A DNA stretch of 64,000 nucleotides from an uncultured cyanobacterium. Its GTDB lineage: Bacteria; Cyanobacteriota; Cyanobacteriia; Cyanobacteriales; Nostocaceae. Below the pieces are notes generated by a model that was not told the origin of the DNA, ran no database searches, and worked only from the letters and a program-made list of their open reading frames with translations. The DNA lies in contig CAVUDP010000003.1 of the NCBI GenBank assembly GCA_963740315.1, positions 288,001 through 352,000 on the forward strand, written 5' to 3'. Of this stretch, positions 60,668 to 64,000 are shown piece after piece. Each line of letters begins with the position of its first letter. Position 1 is the stretch's first letter. The position numbers and the translations under genes are program-made.

Positions 60668-61780
60668 ATGTCACCTCAAGATTCACAGATAAAAGACCGT
60701 ATATTAGCGGTTGATGATATGCCTGACAATCTTTTTTTAGTGCAGGCGCTTTTAGAAAGTGAGGGGTATGAAATTAAGTTAGTGACAGATGGTGAAACAG
60801 CATTAGCAGAAGTTGAGCAACTACCACCGAGTTTGATACTCTTGGATGTTATGATGCCGGAAATGGATGGATTTGAAGTTACCCGGCGCATCCGTAGTAA
60901 TCCAAATTATGATTACATTCCCATATTATTAGTTACAGCCTTTGATGATGCTAGCGTTGTTGAAGGTTTAGATGCAGGTGCAAATGATTTTATCCGCAAA
61001 CCTTTTGATACCGATGAATTGCTTGCCAGAGTACGCAGTCTTTTGCGTCTCAAGCACAGCATCGACGCACAGAAAAAAATGGAGCGTCAGCGCGAAGATT
61101 TTGTTTCACGTTTAACTCACGATTTACGAACTCCTTTGGTAGCTGGGGATAGAATGTTAAACCTTTTTTTACAAGAAACATTCTGCAAAATCTCCCCAGA
61201 GATGAAAAAGGCGATCGCCGCAATGGTTCGTAGTAATAATAACTTATTGGAAATGGTAAATACTCTGTTAGAAGTGTCGCGCTTTGAAGCAGGTAAAAAA
61301 ACCATGAATTTTGAAAGCTGCAATATGCGGAATATAGTTGAGGAAGTAATTCAAGAATTAACTCCTTTAATACAAGAAAGAGATTTAAGCCTTGAATTTG
61401 AGCATAATTCCCAACAAGGCGAAGATGTTTTTACAGTTAATGGCGATCGATTAGAATTACGACGGGTTGTCAGTAACTTGATTGGAAATGCGATTAAGTT
61501 CACCGATGAAGGTGGGATAAAAGTACGTTTATCAGAATTAACATCGGATACAGGTCAAGACTGGGTAAAATTAGAAGTTGAAGATACCGGGTATGGCATC
61601 GCAAAAGAAGATAAAAACAGTATATTTGAACGCTTTCGTCAAGGTAAAAATAAACGTTCTGGTAGCGGTTTAGGACTTCATCTATCCGATCGGATTCTAG
61701 AAACACATGATGGAAAAATCGAGTTTTCTTCCGAACTTGGTAAAGGTAGTTTGTTTACAGTTTTGCTACCCAATCGATGA
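60668..61780 (+). CDS. Hybrid sensor kinase (receiver-HisKA-HATPase)
   Basis: AVDD, LLDVMMP, KPF; THDLRTPL; NLIGNAIKF; GSGLGL. Confidence 0.93.
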   Translation: MSPQDSQIKDRILAVDDMPDNLFLVQALLESEGYEIKLVTDGETALAEVEQLPPSLILLDVMMPEMDGFEVTRRIRSNPNYDYIPILLVTAFDDASVVEGLDAGANDFIRKPFDTDELLARVRSLLRLKHSIDAQKKMERQREDFVSRLTHDLRTPLVAGDRMLNLFLQETFCKISPEMKKAIAAMVRSNNNLLEMVNTLLEVSRFEAGKKTMNFESCNMRNIVEEVIQELTPLIQERDLSLEFEHNSQQGEDVFTVNGDRLELRRVVSNLIGNAIKFTDEGGIKVRLSELTSDTGQDWVKLEVEDTGYGIAKEDKNSIFERFRQGKNKRSGSGLGLHLSDRILETHDGKIEFSSELGKGSLFTVLLPNR

Positions 61781-61814
61781 AATAGTTGTAAAAAAAAATC
61801 AAATCAAAAAATAT

Positions 61815-62246
61815 TTATTTACCTAAAGCGTAACTAGAACAATTTACTTTTTGATCGATATGAATACTTACCATTTTTTCTAATTCTTCAATCAAATAAG
61901 GTTTGATCAAATAATTGTTAAATCCTGCCCTGATAATATCTCCGCGATTTTCCTTGGTAGCCAAAGCTGTTAGTGCGATTGCTGGAATATCGCGAGTTAA
62001 AGGTTCTTCTCTTAAAGAACGCAAAATGTTAATACCATTAACTTTGGGCAAAATAATATCAAGCAGTATTAAATCTGGATGATGTTCTTTCGCTAAAACT
62101 ACTGCTGATTCTCCATCTGTCTGAGTAATAAGTCTACAACCGAGCGATTCAAGTATGTAGCTTATTAACAGTAAATTATCCTCGTTATCTTCTACTACTA
62201 AAACTAAAGGCGGCTGAGAGTTTTGGTTTTTATCCATTAGAAACAT
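61815..62246 (-). CDS. Single-domain (CheY/DivK-like) response regulator
   Basis: VVEDNEDN, LLDIILP, ALTA, KPY. Confidence 0.9.
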   Translation of the reverse strand: MFLMDKNQNSQPPLVLVVEDNEDNLLLISYILESLGCRLITQTDGESAVVLAKEHHPDLILLDIILPKVNGINILRSLREEPLTRDIPAIALTALATKENRGDIIRAGFNNYLIKPYLIEELEKMVSIHIDQKVNCSSYALGK

Positions 62247-63033
62247 AGGTGCCTGTTTGATGCATTATCTATAAGATTCTATGTATGTAACTTAGTGGTA
62301 CTGGAAAAAAAAAGTCAAGAGTCATTCAGCCAGCGGTAGGCAATATATATGCTTAGCACTCATTTAAAACTGGCTCATAAACTCCATCGAGTTGGTATTC
62401 TTTGCTCGTATATTTATACGGATTAGATCTTCCAAGCCCAGATTTTAATACACTTCCTGATTATAAGCAAAAGATAACTTCAAAATAAAAAACTAGTTAT
62501 AAATCCTTAACATTTTTAATAGAAACTTTAAATACTATAAGTCTTCTAAATTATTTCGATGTTTTTTTAATATTCTCTTTTGTTTTTATAAAAGTTAATC
62601 TTTGTTCGCAAAAAATAGTGGAAGAAAATGATTAATTTTGTTCAACTTAATTTAGATATAAACATTAATGCAGACACGAATATTACTACATTTAGTACAA
62701 ATGATTTAGTTAATTTACAAAAAAGTTAATACAAAAATAGATTACAACTTGAATTCTATGTTAATTCAGATACTAAGCTTAACCCGTAAATAAACGGTAT
62801 GTCAATTGATTTTTGCTTTACATTTACGATTACTAATTAAATATACGTATAAAACTAAAGGTTTGAAGATTTGATAACGCCTATTCTACTAAAAATGACA
62901 TCTTACACCACGAGCAACTTGCCTAAATAAACTCCAAATATGGTTATTACACGACGAAAAAATCATCTTTTGATGAAATATACCGGGTTTATGACAAAGA
63001 TGTAAGATGTGAATGATACAATATTTCCTCTTT

Positions 63034-63903
63034 TTACCCCCGCAAAATCCGCGAAACCATCCCATTTGCTTGAGAACCATACCCACCGCCAAACAAATTG
63101 AAATGATTCAAAATGTGATAAAGATTATACAAAGTTTTACGTTGCTCATATCCATCATCTAACGGAAACACCTCGTTGTAACCTTGATAAAAACTCGCCG
63201 GGAAACCGCCAAAAACTTCCGTCATTGCAATATCAACCTCGCGATCGCCATAATAAGTTGCGGGATCGAAAATTACAGGTTCCCCATCTGCCGTAAACCC
63301 AGCGTTTCCTCCCCATAAATCGCCGTGTACTAAAGAAGGCTGCACTTGATGTCCTGATAGTAACTCTGGAATCGCACTCAGTAACTTTTCAGCTTGCCCA
63401 AAACTACCACCCCGACGCTTGCCTAACTCAAACTGATATCCCAAACGATGTTTACTAAAAAATTCTACCCAATCTTCCGTCCAAGTATTAATTTGCGGAG
63501 TGGAACCAATAGTATTATTTATATCCCAACCAAACCTTTTATTAGAAGATTTTTTATGCATTTCTGCTAATTTCCGCCCCATCTCTTCCGAGGATTTATT
63601 ATTACCCCTACCCATGAACAGCCACTCTAAAATGATATAGCAGGAATTCCCCACAGTACCCGAACAGATGGGTTTGGGAACGCGGATGGTAGCTGTATCG
63701 TACATTTGTTGTAAACCCAAAGCTTCCGCTTCAAACATTGCCACTTGAGAAGCTTGATTTAACTTAATAAAATAAGTCCGCGCACCATCACTTAAAGAAT
63801 AACCTTGATTAATGCACCCACCCGAAACACTTCGTCGTTGCTGGGTTTGGAATTGTTCGCCAGTAGCTTGGCTAATAACCGCGTCAATTTCAGTCCACAT
63901 CAT
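63034..63903 (-). CDS. Fructosamine kinase family protein
   Basis: GGCIN, FIKLN, EALGL, HGDLWGGN, FDPATYYGDREVDIAM. Confidence 0.93.
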   Translation of the reverse strand: MMWTEIDAVISQATGEQFQTQQRRSVSGGCINQGYSLSDGARTYFIKLNQASQVAMFEAEALGLQQMYDTATIRVPKPICSGTVGNSCYIILEWLFMGRGNNKSSEEMGRKLAEMHKKSSNKRFGWDINNTIGSTPQINTWTEDWVEFFSKHRLGYQFELGKRRGGSFGQAEKLLSAIPELLSGHQVQPSLVHGDLWGGNAGFTADGEPVIFDPATYYGDREVDIAMTEVFGGFPASFYQGYNEVFPLDDGYEQRKTLYNLYHILNHFNLFGGGYGSQANGMVSRILRG

Positions 63904-64000
63904 TGGATTTTAGATTTTAGATTTTGGATTTTGGATTAGAATTTATCAACCGATCGCTTGCTATGCCTCATATTAGGCGAGGGCTAATTACTTACTATAT

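Overview
AT-rich chromosomal window from a cyanobacterium, most likely filamentous and heterocyst-forming (Nostocales-like). This is inferred from abundant HIP1 octamers (GCGATCGC), 7-8 nt STRR tandem repeats in many intergenic regions, sasA, and the cyanobacterial coxBAC/ctaA/ctaB layout. Housekeeping and signalling genes include a class A PBP, lepB, sasA, mutT, coxB-coxA-coxC with divergent ctaA-ctaB, clpP, ilvH, a Ser/Thr kinase, a CheB-CheR-PAS hybrid kinase, an OrrA-like two-component cluster and a fructosamine kinase. A ~20 kb Wzy-dependent exopolysaccharide cluster spans 36.1-54.1 kb. Accessory or unusual content: (1) two tandem membrane-anchored STAND-like ATPases; (2) an uncharacterised 209-aa protein with a duplicated FExH motif, followed by a truncated AbiEii-like nucleotidyltransferase; (3) a PglF/PglE/PglC-type amino-sugar pathway with no PglD, where a PhyH dioxygenase and a FemAB/GNAT transferase sit instead; (4) a 20-bp palindromic motif repeated at two intergenic regions of the EPS cluster; (5) an unannotated 53-aa secreted-type peptide behind a DIF1-like promoter; (6) several gene remnants, including comEA frameshifted inside a HIP1 site; (7) nested tiny repeat elements. 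No rRNA, tRNA or CRISPR array was seen. All family assignments come from motif recognition by eye, not from database searches.
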